From an uncultured Nitrospiraceae bacterium (GTDB taxonomy: Bacteria; Nitrospirota; Nitrospiria; Nitrospirales; Nitrospiraceae): a stretch of 64,000 bases of DNA. The notes under the pieces are model-generated. The model saw only the letters and a program-made list of their open reading frames with translations, did no database searches and was not told where the DNA came from. Below, one piece after another: positions 9,182 to 19,442 of this stretch (positions are counted from its first letter, which is position 1; each line of letters begins with the position of its first letter). The translations under genes and the position numbers were made by a program. Location of the stretch: contig CAWJWJ010000002.1 in NCBI GenBank assembly GCA_963846575.1, positions 2,720,001-2,784,000 on the forward strand, in the 5' to 3' direction.

Positions 9182-10417
9182 TTGATAGACGGGAGGCTCC
9201 CCACTCACGGAGACCAAGATATTGTGTCCAAACGGCTGATTCTATGTTTCGACGGGATGTGGGACCTGCCTCCAGAGCCTGTGATAACTCGGGGACCATC
9301 GAACATTCTGCCTCCGTACGCATCGTGCGACTTACAGAGTGTTGCTTCACCCGAAACCAATGTGCTCAAGCTGTATCGATCGATCACCCCGCACGGCCAG
9401 GATGGACGAACCCAACAAAAATGGTACGTATCCGACTCAGGAGCACCCTGGTTTCGTCGCTTTCGCCCGGAACCATTTGGCTATGGCTTGGACCAGACAA
9501 TTCTTGAAGCCCACGCCTATCTAGCCGTAACCTATGAACCGGGCGATCAGGTCTTTATCTATGGATTCAGCCGGGGCGCGTACGTTGCGCGGTCTCTCGT
9601 CGGCTGGCTCTCTTGCTCGGGATTACTTTCTTCGACCTGGTTGGATCCTGACTGCGTCAGCCGCGTACGGAGCGCCATTGCGGCGGACGATCATCAGCAC
9701 AGACCCCAAGAGTTTGCAGAATGCCTCACTGACTTGGTCCTTGCCCCCTCCAAACACTCGATCGACGATTCGTATCGCCTCTATCGTAATCTCCACAATG
9801 ACGCCCACACTTTGGGGTACGAGGCGATTCGACGACGGGGCACTCAGGACATACAGATTGCGGTTCTTGGTCTGTGGGATACCGTCGGACCCTTGGGAAT
9901 TCCGACGGCAGCACTGAAGTGGCTCAATGACCGCCGCTACAACTTTCACGATACGGAACTCAGCGCCATCGTTAAGCGGGCCTATCATGCCCTCGCGCTC
10001 GACGAGCACCGTGTGGATTACAACGCCACGCTTTGGACATCCCCTGCCCTCCCTGGACAGTCCATCGAGCAATGCTGGTTCGTCGGCGCACATGGAGATG
10101 TGGGCGGTAGTTATCAGGAGCAGGAACTGGCCGGAATCCCGCTCTTATGGATCCAACGGAAGTCGTTCGAGGCAGGACTTTCAATCGAGGGAGCAGCGAT
10201 GCAGAAGGAGCAGGACCCGTTCGGTCCGTTACACGACTCCTTCGTCGAATACTTGGGCAGCTTTCGAAAGTGGTTTCATTCTCGATTCTATAGGCCGGTC
10301 ATGCAGACCGGTACGAATACCGAAACTCTGGACGGGTCGATACGGATTCGATTGTTGAATAATCCGGAGTACCGACCGAACAATGAGGGTCTTAAAAGCG
10401 CCATCACTTTCCGGTGA
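9182..10417 (+). CDS. DUF2235 (Tle1-like) alpha/beta hydrolase
   Basis: KRLILCFDG, TNVLKLY, GFSRGA nucleophile elbow, LWDTVG, HALALDEHR, WFVGAHGDVGG; true start may be the GTG at 9224. Confidence 0.9.
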   Translation: MIDGRLPTHGDQDIVSKRLILCFDGMWDLPPEPVITRGPSNILPPYASCDLQSVASPETNVLKLYRSITPHGQDGRTQQKWYVSDSGAPWFRRFRPEPFGYGLDQTILEAHAYLAVTYEPGDQVFIYGFSRGAYVARSLVGWLSCSGLLSSTWLDPDCVSRVRSAIAADDHQHRPQEFAECLTDLVLAPSKHSIDDSYRLYRNLHNDAHTLGYEAIRRRGTQDIQIAVLGLWDTVGPLGIPTAALKWLNDRRYNFHDTELSAIVKRAYHALALDEHRVDYNATLWTSPALPGQSIEQCWFVGAHGDVGGSYQEQELAGIPLLWIQRKSFEAGLSIEGAAMQKEQDPFGPLHDSFVEYLGSFRKWFHSRFYRPVMQTGTNTETLDGSIRIRLLNNPEYRPNNEGLKSAITFR

Positions 10418-10765
10418 TTTGCAAGTGTGTATGCCCAGATAAACCGTCCGTGGAGCACAAGAGCGAATCAAATCCCGCAACAGTTTTTGGTCACTCGCTG
10501 ACGCGGCCTTGTCGTCTCATAAACATCCGTTGCGCGTGACCACTTGCCTGGTCCGCTCATTACGCAGGGCATAGGCCAGCCCGTTCACCAACCAGCCTCA
10601 GGCTGTGGTCGTTCCGTGGAAGAAGTCCGTCGATTCACTTCCATAGCCCGCGAGAGAGCAACCCTCCGTCCGCAGTACCCACTATGCAGGCTATTTGATA
10701 GGTCACGAAGACGGTACTCTTCCGCGAGCTCATTTCCAACCTGAAGTTACGATCGGGAGGTGGAT

Positions 10766-11128
10766 ATGTCACGCCGCGCAGAACCCGCCTTTATCGTCCA
10801 CTGCGCCCTTTCACATCTTGCCGTGGGCAATGCGGACGCCGGCAGAATCATTGACACCCGCGTCGCCTACGGTTCGCACAGCACCTCGGAAAGTCTCATC
10901 GACGGAGATCATCTGGCGCTCAGACTGAGCGTTCCGGAGCACTGCAGACCGATATCAGTGAGATTGGCGAAGGTGAACTGGGTGCAGGGCAATCGATTCG
11001 AGGTACAGCTTCTGATGATGGACGCGGACGAACGGCTTCGCCTAAGTCAATTCTTCGACCAACTATCTCCCTTGGAGCTGGAGTCTCGCGAGAGCCGATC
11101 AGCACTGATCATTACAGCGGTGGAATAA
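10766..11128 (+). CDS. PilZ-like domain protein (degenerate motifs)
   Basis: GGAGG RBS; GRIID...GDHLALRLSVP...ISVRLAKVNWVQGNRFEVQLLMMDADERLRLSQF is a typical PilZ barrel. Confidence 0.65.
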   Translation: MSRRAEPAFIVHCALSHLAVGNADAGRIIDTRVAYGSHSTSESLIDGDHLALRLSVPEHCRPISVRLAKVNWVQGNRFEVQLLMMDADERLRLSQFFDQLSPLELESRESRSALIITAVE

Positions 11129-11565
11129 GCGGAATACACTGAGCCGGTTAGCCCCTTGCATCCAGGCAATCAGAACGACGTCCACGTTAAGGCGAGGCAT
11201 ACACATTCGCGTCAAATCTCGGTGGGCGCCCTGCGACCCGGTTCCGCATCGCACTGCAGGCGCGTCCATCCATGTCTCTGCGGCCTCCGTCCGTTGGTCC
11301 AGGGCGAATTCGGCACCCACATGACCGAACAGATTACGATAGCCACCATCAAAACCTCTAGTCGCATGACCTCCGACCCGACACACCCGCACCATCACGC
11401 GTGCCAGATCACTAACGATGAATCAAGCAACTGAATGCGGTTTCACCAGTGAGACCCTAGATATGAACCGCGGTACCACCAAGGGGTTACTGCATTCAGG
11501 TCTATCGAAAACAACGTTCGCGCTCTACGTTTAATCATAGGAGATGAACAATGGAGGAGGCCACT

Positions 11566-11811
11566 ATGAGTTGCTCGCGTTGCAATGGACACATGATCGA
11601 AGACCACCTGTTGGATATGGAAGACTCATCCGGCCCAATGTGGCTTCAAGCCTGGCGCTGCATGAACTGCGGCAATGTGTTCGATCACATACTTCATCAG
11701 AACCGTTTAACGCACGACGCGAAACTACACCCAAGCAGCATCTCTGCTACAGGCATGGATGGTGCCGTCAAGCATACCTCGGCAGCAAAATTGACTCGTC
11801 TTGTAGCGTGA
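11566..11811 (+). CDS. Small Zn-ribbon protein (CxxC...CxxC)
   Basis: GGAGG RBS; MSCSRCNGHM...AWRCMNCGNVFD. Confidence 0.8.
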   Translation: MSCSRCNGHMIEDHLLDMEDSSGPMWLQAWRCMNCGNVFDHILHQNRLTHDAKLHPSSISATGMDGAVKHTSAAKLTRLVA

Positions 11812-11959
11812 GGTCCAGACAGGTGGACGTCACCCATACCGGTCAAACAGCTCAATCAAGAGACCCAGCCCCCTGCCATACCGCCGACAAAGACGCGGTG
11901 GAGTGGATACGGCTGGGTCCTCCTGTTCACCCAGCCACGCAATCTGCGGAATAAGCACC

Positions 11960-12160
11960 ATGTCCATCAATGTGGAATTAGCTCTGGTCCTGAGTCTGTT
12001 CATAATTGGTGCGCTAATACTGGCGATCGATAACCTGCTTGATGGATTGTACCGGCGTCTTACCCGCTGGATACAAAGTCGGAGATCACCTCCAACCGCT
12101 CCACAACCAGTTCTCTCCTCACAAAAGAAGCGTCATGGCGAGCCATGGGAAAAGTGGTAA
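11960..12160 (+). CDS. Small single-pass membrane protein
   Basis: N-terminal hydrophobic helix followed by a basic tail. Confidence 0.5.
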   Translation: MSINVELALVLSLFIIGALILAIDNLLDGLYRRLTRWIQSRRSPPTAPQPVLSSQKKRHGEPWEKW

Positions 12161-12403
12161 TGCAGCAGAATCGAGGACGTTTATATGGGGACTGTCTTCC
12201 GAATCGGACGGATCCACGGCGGCAGTACGTCCAAACCAGCCGCAGGATCGAAGAGGGCTAGATGCAGAGTCTCTACGACCAGGGCATGACGGGCGGGGAA
12301 TTCAGGCGCAACCGCCTCCCCGACATTGTATTCGGGCTCCCTGGCGTAGAGAACTGTTACAGGCAGAACAATCCAGGCACCCTCGACTGTAAGAAATCAC
12401 CAC

Positions 12404-12799
12404 ATGACAACTCTTAACATCAAGTCGATCATACGGGATGCCCTCATTGTCTATGCCCTGACATTTGGCTTTGGATTGGCCTCGGCTATCGCGGGCTTGA
12501 CCGTGCAAAATAGTCCGTCAACCGCCTTCATGGTCAATCTATTGTCAGGCGCAGCCGGATTCGCGATGGCGGCATTACGGACTGCTCGCTCTCGGGCCGA
12601 ACACATGGCCTGGGTCGCAGTCACTTTCTGGACACTCAACCTCACAAACATTGTGATTGGCTTGCAAACCTACCGGTCCTGGATACACAGCGGCGTCACC
12701 ATCATACTCATGGCAGGTCTGGGCGGCGTCTTCGCCAGAATATTGCAGCCGCTCTCTCATTCGATCCACACAGGCTACCGGGCGACACCGACGGAATAG
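12404..12799 (+). CDS. Hypothetical membrane protein (about 4 TM)
   Basis: 131-aa ORF with four hydrophobic segments. Confidence 0.7.
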   Translation: MTTLNIKSIIRDALIVYALTFGFGLASAIAGLTVQNSPSTAFMVNLLSGAAGFAMAALRTARSRAEHMAWVAVTFWTLNLTNIVIGLQTYRSWIHSGVTIILMAGLGGVFARILQPLSHSIHTGYRATPTE

Positions 12800-12954
12800 C
12801 CTCATCCTTGCCAGATCTGGAGCACCAGGGATCGCGTTGGAGCCGTATGCCTGGAGAAGCTCTGCCCGGGGATCCCACATTGAAAAATGAACTGGAGGAG
12901 GAAGATACCTCGAGCAAATCGGAAGGAGGTAAAAGACAAGCCCGGATTTCACGT

Positions 12955-14391
12955 CTAACTTTTCTCGGTCTCCGAAACGATCGGCAGGGGCCGCGCGGGC
13001 GGCTGCGGTTCTGGAGTCCAGCCACCACCTAACGCTTTGTAGAGTTGGACTATCGACACCAAATGCAGCCGATGCGTTCCCATCAGGGCTAATTCGGCTT
13101 CAAACAGATTGCGCTGTGCGATCAATACATCGAGGTAATTCGCCAACCCACCCTTATAACGGAGATTGGCCAGATTTAAGGCCGATCGCAAAGCTTCGAC
13201 TTGCTGCAGTTGAGCCGTGCGTTGCTCCCGCACAGTCCGAACCGCTACCAGGGAATCCTCGACTTCCTTGAAGGCCACCAATACGGATTGTTCATAGTCC
13301 GCCACGGCTTGCCTCGCCTGGGCCTCCGCCGCTCGCTGTTGAAAACCAAGAATCTGTGCATTGAATAAAGGACCGGCAAGGCCAGCTCCTGCCTGTCCGA
13401 ATGCAGTTTCGTTCGCCACCAGACGAGACAACTGCGGACTGGCCACACCCAGTATCCCGGTAATGCTCAGCTTCGGAAATCGATCAGCCTTCGCAACTCC
13501 AATACGTGCAGTAGCCGCAGCGAGACCCTGTTCCGCCTGCATAATGTCCGGGCGTCTTTGTAATAGCTCCGACGGCAGGCCGGGGGGAACCTCCGGAGGC
13601 ATCACCTGTTCTGTCAGAGAACGACCTCGAGCTATTTGGCCGGGATTGCGGCCCAACAGCACACTCAATTGGTTCTCCTTCTGTACCTTCTGACGCTCGA
13701 ATTCCGCCGCCTTGGCTGCCGCATTGGCGCGTTCCGCCTCAAATTGATCGGCATCCAGTTTAGAAATCATGCCTTGCCGCAATCGTGCCTGCGCGATCCG
13801 GACAGACTCCTCCCACGATTTCAATGTCCGCCGCGCAATATCAAGCTGCATATCGAACTGAAGGAGATCGAAGTAAGCTTCCGCAACACCACTGACGAGC
13901 TGCAGTACCACAGCACGACGGTTTTCCTCACGCGCAAGAAGGTCCCCCCGGGCGGCTTCATTCGATCGGCGGATGCGCCCCCAAATATCGAGTTCCCACG
14001 AGAGGGTTCCCTGCAGATAATAATTGAAGGGATTGGGAAATCCGGGAAAAAGGAAATTAGTTTTCCGTCCGAAGATCGGTGCATTAGACGTGAGGTCCAT
14101 TTTCGGAGCGAAATCAGTCCTGGTAATAAACAGGCGTGCCTGAAATTCCTCTACCGATGCTACGGCACGCTGGAGGTCTTTGTTCTCCTCCAGGGCGGTA
14201 TGTATCAATTTTTGTAATTCCTGATCCTTCAGTAACTCCCACCAAGGGGTATTGGCGATCGAGTCAGCATGGTCTCCCGGTTCGGCCATCCGGAAACCAT
14301 TCGGTGTGGTGGCCTCAGGCCTTGTAAAATCAGGTCCGACGGCGCAAGCCGCTAAAAGACTGGAAGAGATCACCAGAGCCAGTCTACGCAT
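12955..14391 (-). CDS. RND outer membrane factor lipoprotein (NodT/OprM family)
   Basis: Lipobox LAAC, WWE..D..L..LI, WELDIWGRIRR, PSELLQRRPDI, LYKALGGGW. Confidence 0.95.
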   Translation of the reverse strand: MRRLALVISSSLLAACAVGPDFTRPEATTPNGFRMAEPGDHADSIANTPWWELLKDQELQKLIHTALEENKDLQRAVASVEEFQARLFITRTDFAPKMDLTSNAPIFGRKTNFLFPGFPNPFNYYLQGTLSWELDIWGRIRRSNEAARGDLLAREENRRAVVLQLVSGVAEAYFDLLQFDMQLDIARRTLKSWEESVRIAQARLRQGMISKLDADQFEAERANAAAKAAEFERQKVQKENQLSVLLGRNPGQIARGRSLTEQVMPPEVPPGLPSELLQRRPDIMQAEQGLAAATARIGVAKADRFPKLSITGILGVASPQLSRLVANETAFGQAGAGLAGPLFNAQILGFQQRAAEAQARQAVADYEQSVLVAFKEVEDSLVAVRTVREQRTAQLQQVEALRSALNLANLRYKGGLANYLDVLIAQRNLFEAELALMGTHRLHLVSIVQLYKALGGGWTPEPQPPARPLPIVSETEKS

Positions 14392-17300
14392 GTTGATACT
14401 TTCGCTCCTTGTCGGTTCCATCTGATTCATCTCTGCTGGGGGACGGCGTCTGTCTTTTCAGACGATGGCTCAGCGAGCGAATCAGAACAAAAAAGAGTGG
14501 CACGAAAAAGATTGCTAGAAAAGTGGCGGCCAACATACCTCCGAACACTCCGGTACCGATCGAATTTCGACTGGCGGCGCCAGCTCCAGTGGCAACGACC
14601 AGTGGCACCACGCCCAGAATAAACGCCATCGAGGTCATGATAATGGGACGAAACCGGAGTTTGGCTGCCTCGATGGTTGAGTCGATCAAGGGGTGTCCCT
14701 CCTCGTATCGCCGGTTCGCAAATTCTACGATCAAAATGGCGTTCTTGGCCGAGAGTCCGATCAAAGTGACCAGACCGATTTGGAAATAGATATCGTTATT
14801 CATACCTTTCAGCCACACCGCCGAGAGAGCGCCGAAGAGACCGATCGGCACGGCCAGTATCACTGCAAACGGGACAACCCAACTCTCATATTGGGCAGCA
14901 AGCACCAGAAAAACCATCAACAGTCCGAAGCCGAACGCGTAGAGTGATTGACTTCCGACCATGCGTTCCTGAAAGGAAATGCCGCTCCAATCGATCGCAT
15001 ACCCCTTCGGCACAAGCACTTCCGTAGCAATCTCTTCCAACGCATCAAGCACTTGTCCCGAGCTGACCCCTGGAGCAGCCGCACCCAACACCAATGCCGT
15101 ATTGTAGCCGTTGAAATGTGTGACCGGATCCGGACCACTCGTGAACTCCGTAGTGACGACGGTATCCAAGGGAATCATCGTGGAACCTTGCGGCCCATTC
15201 GCGCGAACGAAAATCTTGGAAATATCTTCAGGCGTGGATCGATACTGGGCTTCGGCCTCGGTCTGAACGCGAAATACCCGGCCGAATTTGATGAAATCAT
15301 TAATATAGAAATTCCCGAAATAGGCCTGCATGGTATCAAAGACTTCCGAGATCGGCACCCCCAAGGCCTTGGCGCGTTCGCGGTTCACCTTGGCGTAAAT
15401 CCGCGGCGCACTGACCCGAAAACTGGTACCAATCGCGCCGACGGTCGGATTTTGCCTTGCCTTGGACACGAACTCTTGCGCAGCGGCCGAGAACTTATTG
15501 AAATCGCCGCTGCCGGGATCCTGTAGCTGCAACGTAAACCCGCCCGTCGCCCCGAGGCCCCGGATGGAAGGCGCATTAAACGCCAATATGAGCGCCTCAG
15601 GGATTTTGGCGAACTCGCCGTAGGCCGCGCCAATGAGGGACTTCACATGATCTTTGGGCGCAGTTCGCTCATCCCAATGCCGGAGCGGCACGAACATGGT
15701 TGCGGCATTGGGGCCCCGCGTGTTGAACACAAAATTTTGGCCGGACAATGCATCAGTCGAATGGATCGCCGGATTCGCCAGGAAATAACTCTCGATCTTG
15801 CTTAAGACTGCATCGGTCCGCTGCTTGGAGGCGCCGTCGGGTAATTGAACAATCGTAATAAAATACCCCTGGTCTTCTTCCGGCAGGAAGCTCCCGGGAA
15901 GCGCCCGAAAAAGCAGAAACACGCCTACCAGCAGTGCGGAAAACACCGCGAGTGACAATAAACGTCTCTTCAGCGCGCCTCCAACCGTGGTGACATACCG
16001 GCCCTGCATCCAGGCAAAGGTCCGGTTGAACAAACCGAAGAATCCATGGTGCCGCTCCTCGCCCGGCTTCAAGACAAGCGCGCAGAGCGCAGGGCTCAGC
16101 GTGAGGGCGACAAATCCGGAGATGATGACGGCGATCGAAATCGTAATCGCGAACTGTTTGTACAATTCCCCGGTAATGCCGCCCAGGAATCCCACAGGGA
16201 CAAATACCGCGCACAGCACCAGCACGATCGCTATAACAGGCCCCGTAACCTCTTCCATGGCCAGCTTGGCCGCCTGTTTGGGGGAGAGCTTCCCCTGCGT
16301 CATGTGCCGTTCGCAATTCTCGACGACCACGATGGCGTCGTCCACCACGATGCCGATTGCCAACACCATTCCGAAGAGAGTCAAGGTATTGATCGAAAAC
16401 CCGAGCGCTTGCATGCCGGCGAAGGTACCGATCAGGGACACCGGCACCGCCACGCCAGGAATCAACGTGGCGCGCCAGCTCTGGAGAAACAGATATACCA
16501 CGAGAATAACGAGGACCATCGCCTCCGCGAGCGTCTTCACGACTTCCTGGATGGAGACCTCGATAAAACGCGTGGTGTCGTAGGGGATATCGTAGGACAC
16601 CCCGGAGGGAAAGCTCTTGGAGACCTCCGCCAGTTCCGCTCGTACCCGCTTCACCGTATCGAGTGCGTTGGCCCCTGGCGAAAGAAATGTCAGCAAGAAC
16701 ACGTTGGGCTTGCCGTTCCAACGTCCTTCGAGCGTATAGGATTGCGCTCCCAGTTCAACGCGCGCCACATCCTTCAATCTGATCATCGATCCGTTGGGCA
16801 TGGCACGGACAATCAAATTCTCAAAGTCCTTGACCTCGGTGAGACGGCCTTGCGTAATCACGGGTATCGTCAGCTCGGTTCCCTTCAACGCCGGTTCACG
16901 ACCGATCGTCCCGGCCGGAAAATCCCGATTCTGCTCACGGACGACGCTGGAGATATCGGTCGGGGTGAGGCTGAGCTGCGCCATCCTGATAGGATCCAAG
17001 ATCAGCCGCATCGAATAGTTCTGGGATCCGAAGACAAGGGCGTTCCCCACCCCTCGCAACCGCTTCAGGTTGTCGACGACGCGGAGAATCGCATAATTGG
17101 ACAAGTAAACCGTATCGTGTGTCGGGTCGGTCGAACTCAGAGCCACGACCGCAAGCAGATCCGGCGAGACCTTCGTGATGCTGATGCCTTGGCGCACCAC
17201 TTCCGGAGGGAGCTGCGGTTCGGCCAGCTTCACCCGATTCTGCGTCTGGACTTGAGCGATGTCGACGTCGGTGCCGATTTCGAAGGTCAGCTTGATCGAC

Positions 17301-17566
17301 ATGTGTCCGTCATTGGTGCTCGTAGAATCGTAATAGAGCAGATTGTCGATTCCCGGAAGCTGGACCTCGATCGGGCGGGCAACGGAGTCGGCCACGATCT
17401 CCGCATTGGCACCGGGATAGTCGGCTTCAACCTGAACGACGGGCGGAGTGATTTCCGGGAATTGCGCGACCGGAAGCGCCCGTAAGGCCACCAACCCAAC
17501 CACGACAATAATAATGGACAAGACCGACGCAAAGATCGGCCGGTCGATAAAAAAGTGTGAGATCAC
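14384..17566 (-). CDS. RND efflux permease (HAE1, AcrB/MexB-like)
   Basis: FFIDRPIFA, GIVVDDAIVVVEN, GLSAKNAILIVEFA, RFRPIIMTS; 1060 aa. Confidence 0.97.
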   Translation of the reverse strand: MISHFFIDRPIFASVLSIIIVVVGLVALRALPVAQFPEITPPVVQVEADYPGANAEIVADSVARPIEVQLPGIDNLLYYDSTSTNDGHMSIKLTFEIGTDVDIAQVQTQNRVKLAEPQLPPEVVRQGISITKVSPDLLAVVALSSTDPTHDTVYLSNYAILRVVDNLKRLRGVGNALVFGSQNYSMRLILDPIRMAQLSLTPTDISSVVREQNRDFPAGTIGREPALKGTELTIPVITQGRLTEVKDFENLIVRAMPNGSMIRLKDVARVELGAQSYTLEGRWNGKPNVFLLTFLSPGANALDTVKRVRAELAEVSKSFPSGVSYDIPYDTTRFIEVSIQEVVKTLAEAMVLVILVVYLFLQSWRATLIPGVAVPVSLIGTFAGMQALGFSINTLTLFGMVLAIGIVVDDAIVVVENCERHMTQGKLSPKQAAKLAMEEVTGPVIAIVLVLCAVFVPVGFLGGITGELYKQFAITISIAVIISGFVALTLSPALCALVLKPGEERHHGFFGLFNRTFAWMQGRYVTTVGGALKRRLLSLAVFSALLVGVFLLFRALPGSFLPEEDQGYFITIVQLPDGASKQRTDAVLSKIESYFLANPAIHSTDALSGQNFVFNTRGPNAATMFVPLRHWDERTAPKDHVKSLIGAAYGEFAKIPEALILAFNAPSIRGLGATGGFTLQLQDPGSGDFNKFSAAAQEFVSKARQNPTVGAIGTSFRVSAPRIYAKVNRERAKALGVPISEVFDTMQAYFGNFYINDFIKFGRVFRVQTEAEAQYRSTPEDISKIFVRANGPQGSTMIPLDTVVTTEFTSGPDPVTHFNGYNTALVLGAAAPGVSSGQVLDALEEIATEVLVPKGYAIDWSGISFQERMVGSQSLYAFGFGLLMVFLVLAAQYESWVVPFAVILAVPIGLFGALSAVWLKGMNNDIYFQIGLVTLIGLSAKNAILIVEFANRRYEEGHPLIDSTIEAAKLRFRPIIMTSMAFILGVVPLVVATGAGAASRNSIGTGVFGGMLAATFLAIFFVPLFFVLIRSLSHRLKRQTPSPSRDESDGTDKERKYQHA

Positions 17567-18759
17567 GAAGTACGCTCCACTTCGGGCCGGACGGGGTTCG
17601 GCGCGGTGGTCGCACCAAGGTCCGGAACCGGAACCGGCTTCACCGGAGCGCCGGGAGCGATTTTATGCAAGCCGTCGACAATGACGCGGTCGCCTACTCG
17701 CAAGCCCTCCTCGACCATCCATTGCTTCCCTTGCCAGCTGGTCGCCTGGATCTCCCGCATTTGAACGTTATCGTCGTTATCGACCACATACACGATCGAG
17801 CCCTTCGCACCCTGCTGGACGGCGCGTTGCGGCACGAGAATCGCGCCGGTCTTGACTGTGCCCTTGAATCGCACCCGCACGAACTGTCCTGGCAACAGCT
17901 GTCGATCAGGGTTCGGAAAGACCACCCGCGCCTGCCGTGAGCCCGTATCAGTCCTGAGCCCGATATCAAGAAGGTCCAGGACACCTTCGTGCTCATACGT
18001 CGTGCCATCCACGAAGGTGAGTATCCCGCGCAAATGGTAGACGCCCGGATGTTGGATTCGTTTGGCATCGCTATCCCGGCGTCGTTTCAGCAGGAAACTT
18101 TCGGGGGCGCTGACGATCACATACATCGGGTCTACCTGGTAAATCATAGTCAGCAGGTCGGTTTGCGCCGAAACCAGCCGCCCCTCATAGGCCCTCGTAC
18201 GCTCAATCATGCCGTCCACTGGAGCTATGATGAGCGTATTATCCAAATCAAATTTTGCTTTCACCAGTTCTGCCTTGGCGCCTTCAAGGGCCGCCTTGGC
18301 CGACAATTCCTCTGCCACGGCATCATCCACATCTTTCGTGCTCACAGCCTGCTCCGCCAGCAGCGGCTTAACCCGAGCTAAATTCTGCTTTGCTTGCACG
18401 AGTCGCGCTTCCGACTGCGCCACCTGGGCCTTGGCGCTCAACATTGCAGCGTGAAACGGAACCGGGTCGATCTGATACAAACGGTCGCCTTTCTTCACGT
18501 CGCGACCTTCTTTGAAAAACCAAGCCTTCAATATCCCCGTCACCTGGGATCGGATTTCCACCGGACGCGAAGACTCTGCTTGCCCGATGAACTCCGGTTC
18601 ATCCGGCACATCCTGAGCCGTCGCCACGATAATGCCCACCTCCGGGACCGGAGGAGCGGGAGGTGCGCCAGCTTGCGGCTTGCAACCCGGCAGCACAGTG
18701 AGGATGAGACAGGCGGTCAGAATGGACGCTACGGTCGATGAACGCATTCGTCTCGCCAT
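17563..18759 (-). CDS. RND periplasmic adaptor (MFP)
   Basis: Lipobox LPGC, VEIRSQVTG, FKEGRDVKKGDRLYQIDP, LLPGQFVRV. Confidence 0.95.
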   Translation of the reverse strand: MARRMRSSTVASILTACLILTVLPGCKPQAGAPPAPPVPEVGIIVATAQDVPDEPEFIGQAESSRPVEIRSQVTGILKAWFFKEGRDVKKGDRLYQIDPVPFHAAMLSAKAQVAQSEARLVQAKQNLARVKPLLAEQAVSTKDVDDAVAEELSAKAALEGAKAELVKAKFDLDNTLIIAPVDGMIERTRAYEGRLVSAQTDLLTMIYQVDPMYVIVSAPESFLLKRRRDSDAKRIQHPGVYHLRGILTFVDGTTYEHEGVLDLLDIGLRTDTGSRQARVVFPNPDRQLLPGQFVRVRFKGTVKTGAILVPQRAVQQGAKGSIVYVVDNDDNVQMREIQATSWQGKQWMVEEGLRVGDRVIVDGLHKIAPGAPVKPVPVPDLGATTAPNPVRPEVERTS

Positions 18760-18908
18760 GCTCGCTCCCTGATAAAAATCTGAAAAGCTGATCGCACAAG
18801 CCGAATGACGGCGCTATCTTACTGTTTGGACCCCGCGTTAGCAACGAAACCAGCGGCCCTCATGCGGGGATCGCCATGAGTCTCACCCGGAGGATTGAGT
18901 GGTTTCCC

Positions 18909-19196
18909 TTATCCGTTTTCGGTCGGCCCGCGCCCTGTGATGTTCTCTACAATAGACCGTGTGAGGCAATCTGGTGCGTGAAACATCGCACCCTGCTCCC
19001 ACAGGTGAGTCAGAAGTTGCCTTCCATCCTCGTCAATGAAAGTGACCCCCGCCAGATCGACGATTGTGCCGCTGCGCTGATGGGATGGCAGCTCCGCCCA
19101 GCAATGCGCCAACTCCTGCACCCATGGCCCGGTTAGTCGACCTTCCAATCTCAGTCGGGGAACGGCATGAGAACTGTCAGGGGTGATCCTCAACAA
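18909..19196 (-). CDS. Small STAS-like (anti-sigma antagonist fold) protein
   Basis: LRLEGRLTGPWV.EL...VDLAGVTFIDEDG. Confidence 0.75.
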   Translation of the reverse strand: MLRITPDSSHAVPRLRLEGRLTGPWVQELAHCWAELPSHQRSGTIVDLAGVTFIDEDGRQLLTHLWEQGAMFHAPDCLTRSIVENITGRGPTENG

Positions 19197-19291
19197 GACA
19201 TCACCCTGTCAGGAGATGTTCCAGCCCTCTTGCCCCGCCTGTATTGAGACAGCAGCACGATTTCCGTGGTTCTTATCATGCCTGGAACAAT

Positions 19292-19307
19292 AGCAATGAC
19301 TATTCCA
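19292..19307 (-). promoter_or_regulatory. Candidate sigma54 promoter for the STAS-RND operon
   Basis: Minus strand TGGAATAGTCATTGCT, GG-N10-GC spacing, about 95 bp upstream of the STAS start. Confidence 0.55.
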
Positions 19308-19402
19308 GCGACTGGTCGGCCGAAACCAATCCTCAGAAACCGCCACTGTATTGATTATTCCAGCGTGAGATTCGCACTGGGAGGTGTGCGACAGAAGAAA
19401 TG

Positions 19403-19442
19403 CCGACGGGCAGATGCCGAATTGTCGGCATCTGCCCGTCGG
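19403..19442. repeat. Perfect 18-bp inverted repeat (terminator or activator site)
   Basis: CCGACGGGCAGATGCCGA-ATTG-TCGGCATCTGCCCGTCGG. Confidence 0.9.

Noticed and set aside
10420..10440. Minus-strand sigma54-like GGCATACACACTTGC
   Set aside because: GG-N11-GC spacing is wrong and it points antisense into a gene
11145..11160. CGGTTAGCCCCTTGCA as a sigma54 promoter
   Set aside because: Spacing fits but the -24 match is poor and it is about 400 bp from the next credible gene
16046..17485. Long antisense ORFs (also 23962-25278, 39370-40818, 61860-63101 and others)
   Set aside because: Shadow frames of GC-rich genes on the opposite strand, with no motifs
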